A stretch of 64,000 nt of DNA from a virus: IMG/VR virus record IMGVR_UViG_3300040801_002379, positions 1-64,000 of that record; one strand, written 5' to 3'. The translations under genes and the position numbers were made by a program. Under the pieces are notes generated by a model. That model did no database searches. It had not been told where the DNA came from and saw only the letters and a program-made list of their open reading frames with translations. Below are positions 17,001-23,346 of the stretch, one piece after another (the stretch's first letter is position 1; each line of letters opens with the position of its first letter).

Positions 17001-18849
17001 GGAAGTTGAGGCGGTCCTTGATGCGGAACGATTTCTGGAGATTGTCCTCCAGCTTCATGGCCTTCTCGGCGTCCGCTTCGGACTCGTACTTCACACCGAG
17101 CTTGCCGCCAGGAACCAGGTCGCCCTCCTCGTCGAAGCCCCAGCCTTCTGGAACTCGGATGAGCTGGCATTGGCAGTTGTGAGAAGCGATGCCGTTGGCG
17201 ACGTAGCTTTCGGTGTTCTGGACAGTCAGATTCCAGACTCTGCCCTTGAACTTCCGCGAACTGACACTGACAATGCGTTCGTGGCTAAGGACCGAGTCAA
17301 CCTCGACACGCCCACCATCCTCCGGATGCACTTCGATGAGCTGCGTTCGGTGCAGGAGATAGCAAAGACCTTCGGGGTCAGCCGTGGGACCATAGCTCTC
17401 CGCATCCGGAAGGCTGGCCTCGAACCTCGCGGCGTCGCCGCCGGACAGAAGGCTCGATACGCCAAGGGGCTCAAAGCGAACGTAGTCGCCGCTCACGAGG
17501 CCCGTCGGGGTATGAGTGAACGACACGAAGTCCTCGTCGCCCACGCGAAGCGTCGAGCCGGAAAGATGAACGGGCCCAACGAAGCCGCGCTGCGCGATGC
17601 TCTGGTCAGGCGCGGGCTTGAGCCTCACCCGAACTACGCCGTCGACGTCTTCAACATCGACCTGGCGTTTCCAGACGAACAGGTGGCCGTCGAAGTCGAT
17701 GGCGGTAACTGGCATTCCAGTCCCCGAAAGCAGAAGCAGGACGCGCGCAAAACGACCTTCCTCCAGTCCAGAGACTGGCTCGTGCTGCGCTACCAATTCT
17801 ACAAGGTCTTCGACGTCGAGGCCTACGCGGACGAGGTCTTGTCCATTCTGGAGCAAAGACGCAGCGACCCATCCGTCTGAGGTGAAAAGCTGGTGGTCAG
17901 GCGTCGCCTCAACCGTGCTACCCTCGGTCTGGACAATCACCATCTCGGTCGTGGCCATCTGGCTCCAAACCGAAGTCACCTTCTGGACAGTCCCGTCGTG
18001 GCTCACCACGTCCATCCCAGGCGTCATATGCTCGATGGGTACTTCACCATCCGGGGTGAGGATGGACGTCCCTTCTGGATGGCAGTGAGGATGGACCGGA
18101 CCGACGACCGCCTTCCAGTTGGCCGTCTTCACGCCGACGTTGGACCCGTGGCTCTCCAGAGTGCTGAGCCGGAAGAGCCGCGGCTTGCCGTCTGGTCCGA
18201 TGTGGAGCCGGAGGCAGTGCTTGCAGGCGTCGGGCATGGGCTGCTTGTAGACCCAGGGGTCGCCATGCTCTGCCCGGTACTGGTCCGCGACGCCCCGGTT
18301 CATGGCGTTCACCTTCTCGGTGATGGCCACCCGATTCCAGTCACGCTCCCAATCCTCGATGCGGCGTCCCAGCTCGAACTTGAGCGCGCCGATGCTCTCC
18401 CTTTTCTGGACGTTCAGAGCTGTCTGGTCCTGGACGATGCGCATCGCCTCTGCCCGGTACTGCGCGTCTTCGGCGAAGACCATCATGTCCATCTGCTGCT
18501 GGACCTTGGCCCCGAGATGGCGGATGTGCGCGCCCGCGTACTGCTGAGCCGCCTGGACAGCAGACTGCTCGGCACCGCTGAGCGTGACCGGGTTCTTCTT
18601 CAGCCATTTGGTGAACTCAGCGAAGTCCATGTCCGGGTCGACCTTCCCGGACTGCGCCATGGCCTGGCCGTAGATGTAGCTCTGCTTGATGCTCTCCAGA
18701 ATCTCGGCGGCCTTCTCGTCCGAGAGGACATCCTCTTCACGAGGCGTGAGCGCGTCGGGCCCAATGAGCTTCAGCACCAGGGCCGCGTGGTGCTTTTCGA
18801 TGATGGCCCGTACCTGGTCGAGCTGCTCGGGCGTGAAGAGGGTGGGCAT
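14002..18849 (-). CDS. MuF/SPP1-gp7-like head morphogenesis 'polyvalent' protein (intein-containing) with pyrophosphatase-like, DUF5661-like, zincin and Zeta-toxin-like kinase modules
   Basis: The MuF motif HPH|CQC is reconstituted after intein removal. Other modules: YGYVEGTLGPDGDEYDVYV..DEDK (family I PPase-like), GGKGD..VELEHT..DHLAEDPRYYTKL, HEMTH, and the P-loop MGGPASGKTS with QHESH and IDRTG (Zeta family). It sits downstream of the portal. Confidence 0.85.
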   Translation of the reverse strand: MPTLFTPEQLDQVRAIIEKHHAALVLKLIGPDALTPREEDVLSDEKAAEILESIKQSYIYGQAMAQSGKVDPDMDFAEFTKWLKKNPVTLSGAEQSAVQAAQQYAGAHIRHLGAKVQQQMDMMVFAEDAQYRAEAMRIVQDQTALNVQKRESIGALKFELGRRIEDWERDWNRVAITEKVNAMNRGVADQYRAEHGDPWVYKQPMPDACKHCLRLHIGPDGKPRLFRLSTLESHGSNVGVKTANWKAVVGPVHPHCHPEGTSILTPDGEVPIEHMTPGMDVVSHDGTVQKVTSVWSQMATTEMVIVQTEGSTVEATPDHQLFTSDGWVAASLLQNGQDLVRVGLDVEDLVELVAQHEPVSGLEEGRFARVLLLLSGTGMPVTAIDFDGHLFVWKRQVDVEDVDGVVRVRLKPAPDQSIAQRGFVGPVHLSGSTLRVGDEDFVSFTHTPTGLVSGDYVRFEPLGVSSLLSGGDAARFEASLPDAESYGPTADPEGLCYLLHRTQLIEVHPEDGGRVEVDSVLSHERIVSVSSRKFKGRVWNLTVQNTESYVANGIASHNCQCQLIRVPEGWGFDEEGDLVPGGKLGVKYESEADAEKAMKLEDNLQKSFRIKDRLNFQGLPIAIEQRVGDVRRWTDPTGYEGQTRMFFAYGYVEGTLGPDGDEYDVYVGPDPTAPNVYIVHQVDPESGEWDEDKAMVGFPDPHTARDAYLIHYDREEFYGAMSIVPLEEFRAKVLALRRPGGILADGMMKATLAPIGEPTPTGGYQARSAGGLRAEDAAQWSHMGQRAVDRGTSGPQLVIGMDNPFAHLQAAQPRVQVTPQELAGEDVRAEQRTDRQFVVRKPTEVYRRIPGVDIKENVYPYDPARGPAQELGLRQIAQIPENRKFLEEEIGRRVRRTAPNVADPTRQDREYPFELPDDYEERLRERLIVTFNLDPNEIEAAGFQKADRLPGGKGDKLKPEDVDPEQLKMGIEVELEHTNDRQVAREIALDHLAEDPRYYTKLKQVHVEKSVPFVGPRGGLWEDPQHKIPWKAREGVPHIENEKVHSIIDTFMSQVAPGANGLVDVDDLVGLKYLTKMGERRVQVQIGWNKRVAFEGQIDFSKRNNGALITLFVPPGLKTDPAGLAQELRNSLAHEMTHAIDPGIKARLQTGRQKSTSRTAGARDYKQYVNQPAEVAAHMQEVFRDLNDKKSAQDAKVKTRSPVLWAMKNSPRWREIRRELTPENRRRAMKLIAGWFRNHRAGVAQPFQKAGGPYIGPRGGMWADPQHTIPWKRTPVKAKQKKEQEEYGWKTGYPTWIPEPKFDREAWQPSMFGRRGGTEQVHFDAEKGAWNPERKALHDEIIEKALSKAKPPPKDRKPVATISMGGPASGKTSLLEKIGAGAGAVEINSDTVKEQLPEYRQMIDEGYRTAASACQHESHGVMVALQQRALSEMRDVVIDRTGADKDDFVNQALELRDKGYEVRLVMTHVEPQEALERVERRGKETGRFVDPRLVRSIYQRVPSNFAAVAAACDSAVLIDNSDYRGVPIFEKTADGTGILHEEDLADQFDGLQALITLQKSEAEGESWARGLLKLNRITQNIDKTSKPKRFSASQGLLIEVLSDGQNRYVLAEDDQ
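17176..18084 (-). mobile_element. intein (303 aa) inserted in the HPxCxC motif of the MuF-like gene
   Basis: Cys1 codon at 18084-18082 (..VHPH|CHPEGTSILTPDGE). Block B is TPDH. The C-terminal blocks ..VWNLTVQNTESYVANGIASHN|C end at 17176. All codon positions were checked against the ORF frame. Confidence 0.85.
17281..17880 (+). CDS. HTH + Vsr/DUF559-like PD-(D/E)xK endonuclease (putative homing endonuclease) encoded antisense inside the intein
   Basis: This is the C-terminal ~185-200 codons of plus ORF 16216-17880. HTH: SVQEIAKTFGVSRGTIALRIRKAGL. Nuclease: NEAALRDALVRRGLE..YAVDVFNIDLAFPDEQVAVEVDGGNWH..DARKTTFLQSRDWLVLRY. Composition is normal (K, N, F, Y, Q), unlike the upstream part of the same ORF. 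The start is uncertain (GTG 17281 or ATG 17326). Confidence 0.7.
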   Translation: MAKDRVNLDTPTILRMHFDELRSVQEIAKTFGVSRGTIALRIRKAGLEPRGVAAGQKARYAKGLKANVVAAHEARRGMSERHEVLVAHAKRRAGKMNGPNEAALRDALVRRGLEPHPNYAVDVFNIDLAFPDEQVAVEVDGGNWHSSPRKQKQDARKTTFLQSRDWLVLRYQFYKVFDVEAYADEVLSILEQRRSDPSV

Positions 18850-18855
18850 GGCAGG

Positions 18856-19116
18856 TCACTCCTTGGCTCCGTCCAGAACCTTGCCGATTTCCTTGACCAT
18901 GCTCTTGTACGTGTCCTGCACGATGCGGCGCTCCTTTTCGTGCAGGCCCTTGAGCATGTCGTAGCGGAGGGTGGGCTGCGACTCCGCTTTCTGGATGATG
19001 TCGTCTGGATGTACGAGGTCGAGCGGGTCCACACCCAGCTTGCGGGCCAGGCTCTTCACCAGCTCGGGGCCCTTCTGGACCAGCTCCTCCGCAGTCCCTT
19101 CGACCTTCAGCTTCAC
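18856..19116 (-). CDS. hypothetical protein
   Basis: 86 aa, helical and charged. The start overlaps the upstream stop. Confidence 0.5.
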   Translation of the reverse strand: MKLKVEGTAEELVQKGPELVKSLARKLGVDPLDLVHPDDIIQKAESQPTLRYDMLKGLHEKERRIVQDTYKSMVKEIGKVLDGAKE

Positions 19117-19526
19117 GACGCCGGAGCCCCGAACGCGGTCACGACCGCGGTGAGTGCAGTAGCTCCCGCGACGATGGACAGACCGGCCGGAAGCGGGGAG
19201 CCGTGCATGAAGAACTGAGCGAGGTTGCCCGTGGCCGTCCCCGGTCGAACGAGCGGGATGTCGACGGGGCCTGAGCCGAAGTCGATGCTGAGCGTGCAGT
19301 CCTGGTCGGTCTCGACCAGAAGCCCTCGAATCTCGTCTCCGGAAACCGCGGCGAAGTCGCCGAGGTCGACGGCCTCCGTAGCCAACCCAGCGACCGCCAC
19401 CTTCTTCGAGGTGTAGCGCTCGAACGTGTCGAACTGCTGCGTTCTGGACAGCTCGAAGAACTTGAAGTCCTCCGACGGTGTGTCGTAGACGGTCAGTGCA
19501 ATGGTGCTCTGGACTCGTAGTGCCAT
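19113..19526 (-). CDS. hypothetical protein (beta-rich, head module)
   Basis: 137-aa ORF, starting 4 nt after the stop of the 55-aa ORF. Confidence 0.55.
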   Translation of the reverse strand: MALRVQSTIALTVYDTPSEDFKFFELSRTQQFDTFERYTSKKVAVAGLATEAVDLGDFAAVSGDEIRGLLVETDQDCTLSIDFGSGPVDIPLVRPGTATGNLAQFFMHGSPLPAGLSIVAGATALTAVVTAFGAPAS

Positions 19527-19529
19527 GGT

Positions 19530-19697
19530 CTAGTCCTCGTACACGGTCTCGTCGGTGTCGACGAGTCCAGATTGTGGCCGGCCGCTCTTGTCGAGCCGGC
19601 GCTTTCGAAGCTCTTCCTCGCGCTGGCGATTCTTCGCCTCGCGTTCGCGCATCAGCTTCCGCACTTCGCGCTTCTGTTCTTCAGTGAGGCTACTCAT
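19530..19697 (-). CDS. small basic coiled-coil protein (55 aa)
   Basis: Below the ORF-track size cutoff. Sequence MSSLTEEQKREVRKLMREREAKNRQREEELRKRRLDK... Its ATG overlaps the portal stop (ATGA) and it fills the gap exactly. Confidence 0.45.
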   Translation of the reverse strand: MSSLTEEQKREVRKLMREREAKNRQREEELRKRRLDKSGRPQSGLVDTDETVYED

Positions 19698-21286
19698 ACC
19701 TCGACCTCCAATCGAATGCTCTTCTCGACTTCCTCGCCGTCACCATCCTGGCCCAGCGCCTGGAAGTCCTCCTCGGCGAATTCGTCAGGAGCCTCGTCCT
19801 CGCCGCCGCCGTTCGGGAACGAGAAGTTGCCGGGCATGGCGCCTTGCTCCTGCGCCATCTTCATCTGCTCCTGTCCAGAACGCCACTGGATGTAGGCCGG
19901 GTCCAGAATGACGTCACCGTACGGGTCGGGAGGAAGGTCCTGCTCGGCCCGCAGCTCGTTCAGCGTGTGCGTGGTCTTCACGCGCTTCTGGTTGAGCGTG
20001 GCCAGCTCGTCCTTCGTCTCTTCCTCCAGGCCGACGAACTCGAACTTCCAGTCCTTATCGATGGGCTGGATGATGTGGCTGGTGAGCGAGTCGGCGATGT
20101 GTTGAAGCAGCGGCTTCAGGCCCTTGTCCTTGGACGCCGTCAGTTTCGCGTGCGTTCCCGACTCGAACATCGCCTTGTCCTGGCCCTGGTTTCCGTAACG
20201 GAAATTCAGCTCCATCGGGTCGATTTGGTAGATGCCACTGACGAGCTTGATGAGAAAGTCCATCCACGCCGAGAACTCCATGTCTCGGTTCGTGTTCGTC
20301 ATGTTGACCCACTCAACCTTCCCATCACTGTTCAGTACGGGCGACCTCCAGGCGTTTTCGACACCACTTACCATCTGGTACCACTGCCGGCGGAACGCCT
20401 TCAGTTGGGTCTGGTTCATCGTGCCTTGGATGTTGAGTAGGCCCTTCGCGACCGTCCCCTGGTTGAAGAACTTCGAGTTGTAGTCGAAGCCCCAAAGCCA
20501 TGAGGTGATGGCGTTGATGAGCATCTCGATTTCCGAGTAGCCGTAGCCGTAGAGTCGGATGTTCGTGTGAGGGTTGCGGACGTTGAAGGCCATCTCGTGG
20601 CGGCGCCACTCGTTGATGACCATGTTGTCGTAGACCTGGACCGTCGTAATGAGGTCGGGGTCCTCGACGTAGGTGATGTTGACCGTGTCCGCGAGCCTGA
20701 TGGTGGACGCATCGACCGCTTGGAACTTGGCCGGCTGGCCCTTCCTATTCGGAACGACCTCATAGCAATACTGGTCGTACGTCAGCGAGTCGCGCCCAAT
20801 CTTCCGGATGAACGTGGGGAACGGGTCACGCGCGAGCGCGTAGTCCGTGACCCCCGTGGTCATCAGCATCGCCTCCACATTTCTGGAGAACTTGCGGTCC
20901 ACTGCCGTCAGCTCGACGTCATCCTCGACGGGCATCACCCGGAACCCAGGCGAGAACTTGTCCCGCTTGGGCCGGGCGAAGGCCGCAATCTGATTGAGCC
21001 GCGTGACGATGATGGCCTGGACCAAGGGGACTTTCTGGACGATTTGCTGAAGCGTCCCGTACGTGATGGCCGAAGGCCTATCCTTGAATCCAAGCTGCTC
21101 GACGATGGCGAACGGGTCCCACATGAGGGCCCGTGCATCCATCTCGGCCGCGTCAACGGGGGGCTGCGAGTCAGGAACGACGTTCCCACTGTCTCCCTGA
21201 GCCGCCTTGGCGAGGTGCTCCGAGTACGCCGTCGCGGCGGTCAGGAAGTTGGTGGAGATGGCCCCGAATTGGTCCCTGATTCCCAT
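19694..21286 (-). CDS. portal protein
   Basis: 530 aa. The segment ..RRQWYQMVSGVENAWRSPVLNSDGKVEWVNM..DMEFSAWMDFLIKLVSGIYQIDPMELNF.. is typical of SPP1/HK97-type portals. The C-terminus is acidic. The gene lies between the terL side and the MuF-like gene. Confidence 0.8.
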   Translation of the reverse strand: MGIRDQFGAISTNFLTAATAYSEHLAKAAQGDSGNVVPDSQPPVDAAEMDARALMWDPFAIVEQLGFKDRPSAITYGTLQQIVQKVPLVQAIIVTRLNQIAAFARPKRDKFSPGFRVMPVEDDVELTAVDRKFSRNVEAMLMTTGVTDYALARDPFPTFIRKIGRDSLTYDQYCYEVVPNRKGQPAKFQAVDASTIRLADTVNITYVEDPDLITTVQVYDNMVINEWRRHEMAFNVRNPHTNIRLYGYGYSEIEMLINAITSWLWGFDYNSKFFNQGTVAKGLLNIQGTMNQTQLKAFRRQWYQMVSGVENAWRSPVLNSDGKVEWVNMTNTNRDMEFSAWMDFLIKLVSGIYQIDPMELNFRYGNQGQDKAMFESGTHAKLTASKDKGLKPLLQHIADSLTSHIIQPIDKDWKFEFVGLEEETKDELATLNQKRVKTTHTLNELRAEQDLPPDPYGDVILDPAYIQWRSGQEQMKMAQEQGAMPGNFSFPNGGGEDEAPDEFAEEDFQALGQDGDGEEVEKSIRLEVEV

Positions 21287-21319
21287 GCTGTCTCCTAGCC
21301 CTCAGGGGCCGGCCTGTCT

Positions 21320-23170
21320 TCAATCGAAGACGATGTCGCTGCCGTCGGGCGGGGTGAGCGCCTTCTGGATGTCCTCGGAGTAGCTCACGCCAGGCTGGAC
21401 AGCCGGGCCGTGGGCCACGCCGCAGACGTCGCAGCGGGTCAGGTAGCTCTTCGTGAGCGACCCGCACGCGCCACACTCCCGCGAGTGCAGGACCGGAGAG
21501 CGCAAGTCGACGCCCGGGGTGCTCGTGGTCGCGAACACCGCGGAGCCGTCACCATGCCGGTCGAACGACTTCTGGATGGCCCGGTCGGTCCGGTCCGAAT
21601 GGAAGACCAGACCCTTCTGGTACTCCTCCGTCTCGTCCTCGACCTCGTCCGGAATCCGGAACTCGGGCGCCACGCCGACGCCCACCTCGATGTCGACGTC
21701 CTGGTTGTCCAGAATCGCCTTGGCGAGGGACCGCATCTGGTGGCTGCGCTCCAGGGCATTCGAGAAGTCCAGCATCTGGCCCGGGTTGCCGCTCTTGCTG
21801 AGCGAGCCGATGCGGCTTCCGCCGGCCATCGCCTGAAGGTCGACCGTGCCGTCGTCGAACTCGATGTCCGCGGAGGTGACCTTGAAGCTCTGCTTCTGGC
21901 CCTCGTACAGCTTGCCCTTCGAACGCGAGGCCTGAGCCGTCGACTCGGCCGTGGCCATGCCCGCGTCAGACGCGCCAGAGCCCTTCCCAGCACCCTCGAC
22001 CGGACCACCATCCTCAGGGCCGTGGCCCATGCCCGGAGCGCCAGAAGGCATACTCTTCTTAGCCTCATCCTTCTTCTTGCCCATCTCGGCGCGCTTCTGC
22101 GCCGCGATGGCCGCATGGAACCCGTGAGCACCCCTGTCCTTCGTCGTCTTGACGTGGGCCTGAGCCGCCTCGTCGTGCTCTTCGTGTGAGAACTCCTTGT
22201 GGCTCGGGTGGTTCGGCTTGGCATAGATGGGCTTGCCGCTCTTGGTCCGCCCGATGACCTTACCCCCTCGGGAGCCTTCGCCGCCTGCTTTCTTCACTTT
22301 CTTCTTCTCCTTCTCGGTCTTGTCAGGACGGCCCCAGAAGGGATGTCCAGAATCGTCTTTGTTCGCGTAGTCGTCCGTCTTCTCATCCGACGCCGGCTCG
22401 CCCCAATACGGATGCTCTCCATCCGACTTCTGGAGGTCCTCTCCAAGGAAGGTGCTGAGAATCTCGGCCGCGGCCTCGACCGGGACCTCGTTCTGCTGTG
22501 ACTTCTGGATGTAGGCCTCCATCTCATCGAGCCCGAAACCGGACTTGTGGTACAGCTCGCCCGTCGCCCAATTCTCGGCGTCGCTCGGGTTGTCGAGCCC
22601 GGTCTTGTCCTTGGCGTTGTGAACTTCTGGATGGGTCGAGTCCTCGGAGGCTGGAGCGTAGTGCTTCTCGACGTCGCGGATGGCCGCCTTGCGAGACTTC
22701 TCCTCTTCCTCGTCGTCTTCCTCTTCCTCTTCGCCGTCGAAGCCCTGGCCCTTCGTGAGCCGCTCGGCTTCGAGGTGGTCGAAGTCGACGCCACCCTTGT
22801 CCTCGATGAACGGGTTCGCCTTCACAACGTCAGCCGGAGCGAACCAGCCGCTCTGGACGATGTCCTGGTTCACGTACGGGTTGGCGTTGGCGGTCGAGCG
22901 CTGTGCGAGGACGAGGTCGCTGCGCGACGCTTCTGGAGTCGCCTCGACCTGGCCGCCGTTGTTGAGCGCCTTCATGATGGCGCCCGCGGTCGGGGCTCCA
23001 CCACCACCGCCGCCACCGTCGATGGAGGGAGGACGTGACGTGTTCTCCTGCGCGGCGCTCTTGATGGGGTCCTCTCCGTGTCGGACGGACTTGTCGAGGG
23101 TCCCCATGCGGTCCCTGTAGTAGCCACTCTGGACGGTGTTCGGGTCAGGTCGGAATTTGCTCTTTGGCAT
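21320..23170 (-). CDS. large acidic low-complexity protein with C-terminal zinc ribbon (possible packaged protein)
   Basis: 616 aa with a Gly run, repeats GEHPYWGEP / SGHPFWGRP, the module GGKVIGRTKSGKPIY, and a C-terminal CGACG..CDVCG. Confidence 0.65.
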   Translation of the reverse strand: MPKSKFRPDPNTVQSGYYRDRMGTLDKSVRHGEDPIKSAAQENTSRPPSIDGGGGGGGAPTAGAIMKALNNGGQVEATPEASRSDLVLAQRSTANANPYVNQDIVQSGWFAPADVVKANPFIEDKGGVDFDHLEAERLTKGQGFDGEEEEEDDEEEEKSRKAAIRDVEKHYAPASEDSTHPEVHNAKDKTGLDNPSDAENWATGELYHKSGFGLDEMEAYIQKSQQNEVPVEAAAEILSTFLGEDLQKSDGEHPYWGEPASDEKTDDYANKDDSGHPFWGRPDKTEKEKKKVKKAGGEGSRGGKVIGRTKSGKPIYAKPNHPSHKEFSHEEHDEAAQAHVKTTKDRGAHGFHAAIAAQKRAEMGKKKDEAKKSMPSGAPGMGHGPEDGGPVEGAGKGSGASDAGMATAESTAQASRSKGKLYEGQKQSFKVTSADIEFDDGTVDLQAMAGGSRIGSLSKSGNPGQMLDFSNALERSHQMRSLAKAILDNQDVDIEVGVGVAPEFRIPDEVEDETEEYQKGLVFHSDRTDRAIQKSFDRHGDGSAVFATTSTPGVDLRSPVLHSRECGACGSLTKSYLTRCDVCGVAHGPAVQPGVSYSEDIQKALTPPDGSDIVFD

Positions 23171-23346
23171 CAGTCGTCTCCCAGCACTTCATCCTTGAAC
23201 GGATTGTACATTGCGTCCTTGGATGGCTTCGGCTTCGGTCCCTCGGGGAGGCCCTTGGTCTCCTCGATGTCCTTCTTGAGGCCCTTCTCCATGTGGCCCA
23301 TCATGCGGGACAGCATCTCGTCTATGTTCTGTTCCTTCTCGGTCAT
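23170..23346 (-). CDS. small hypothetical protein (58 aa)
   Basis: Sequence MTEKEQNIDEMLSRMMGHMEKGLKKD... GGAGAG lies 5 nt upstream. The ATG overlaps the upstream stop (ATGA) and the stop overlaps the next ATG (TGATG). Confidence 0.45.
   Translation of the reverse strand: MTEKEQNIDEMLSRMMGHMEKGLKKDIEETKGLPEGPKPKPSKDAMYNPFKDEVLGDD

Noticed and set aside
16216-17280. The N-terminal 355 codons of plus ORF 16216-17880, considered as part of the endonuclease gene.
   Set aside because: The composition switches abruptly at about 17280-17326 from antisense-type junk (..VVRVDVLLDVDARDAAVDLGGLADNE..) to protein-like sequence. The upstream part lies antisense to the conserved PPase-like and MuF C-terminal extein sequence, not to the intein.
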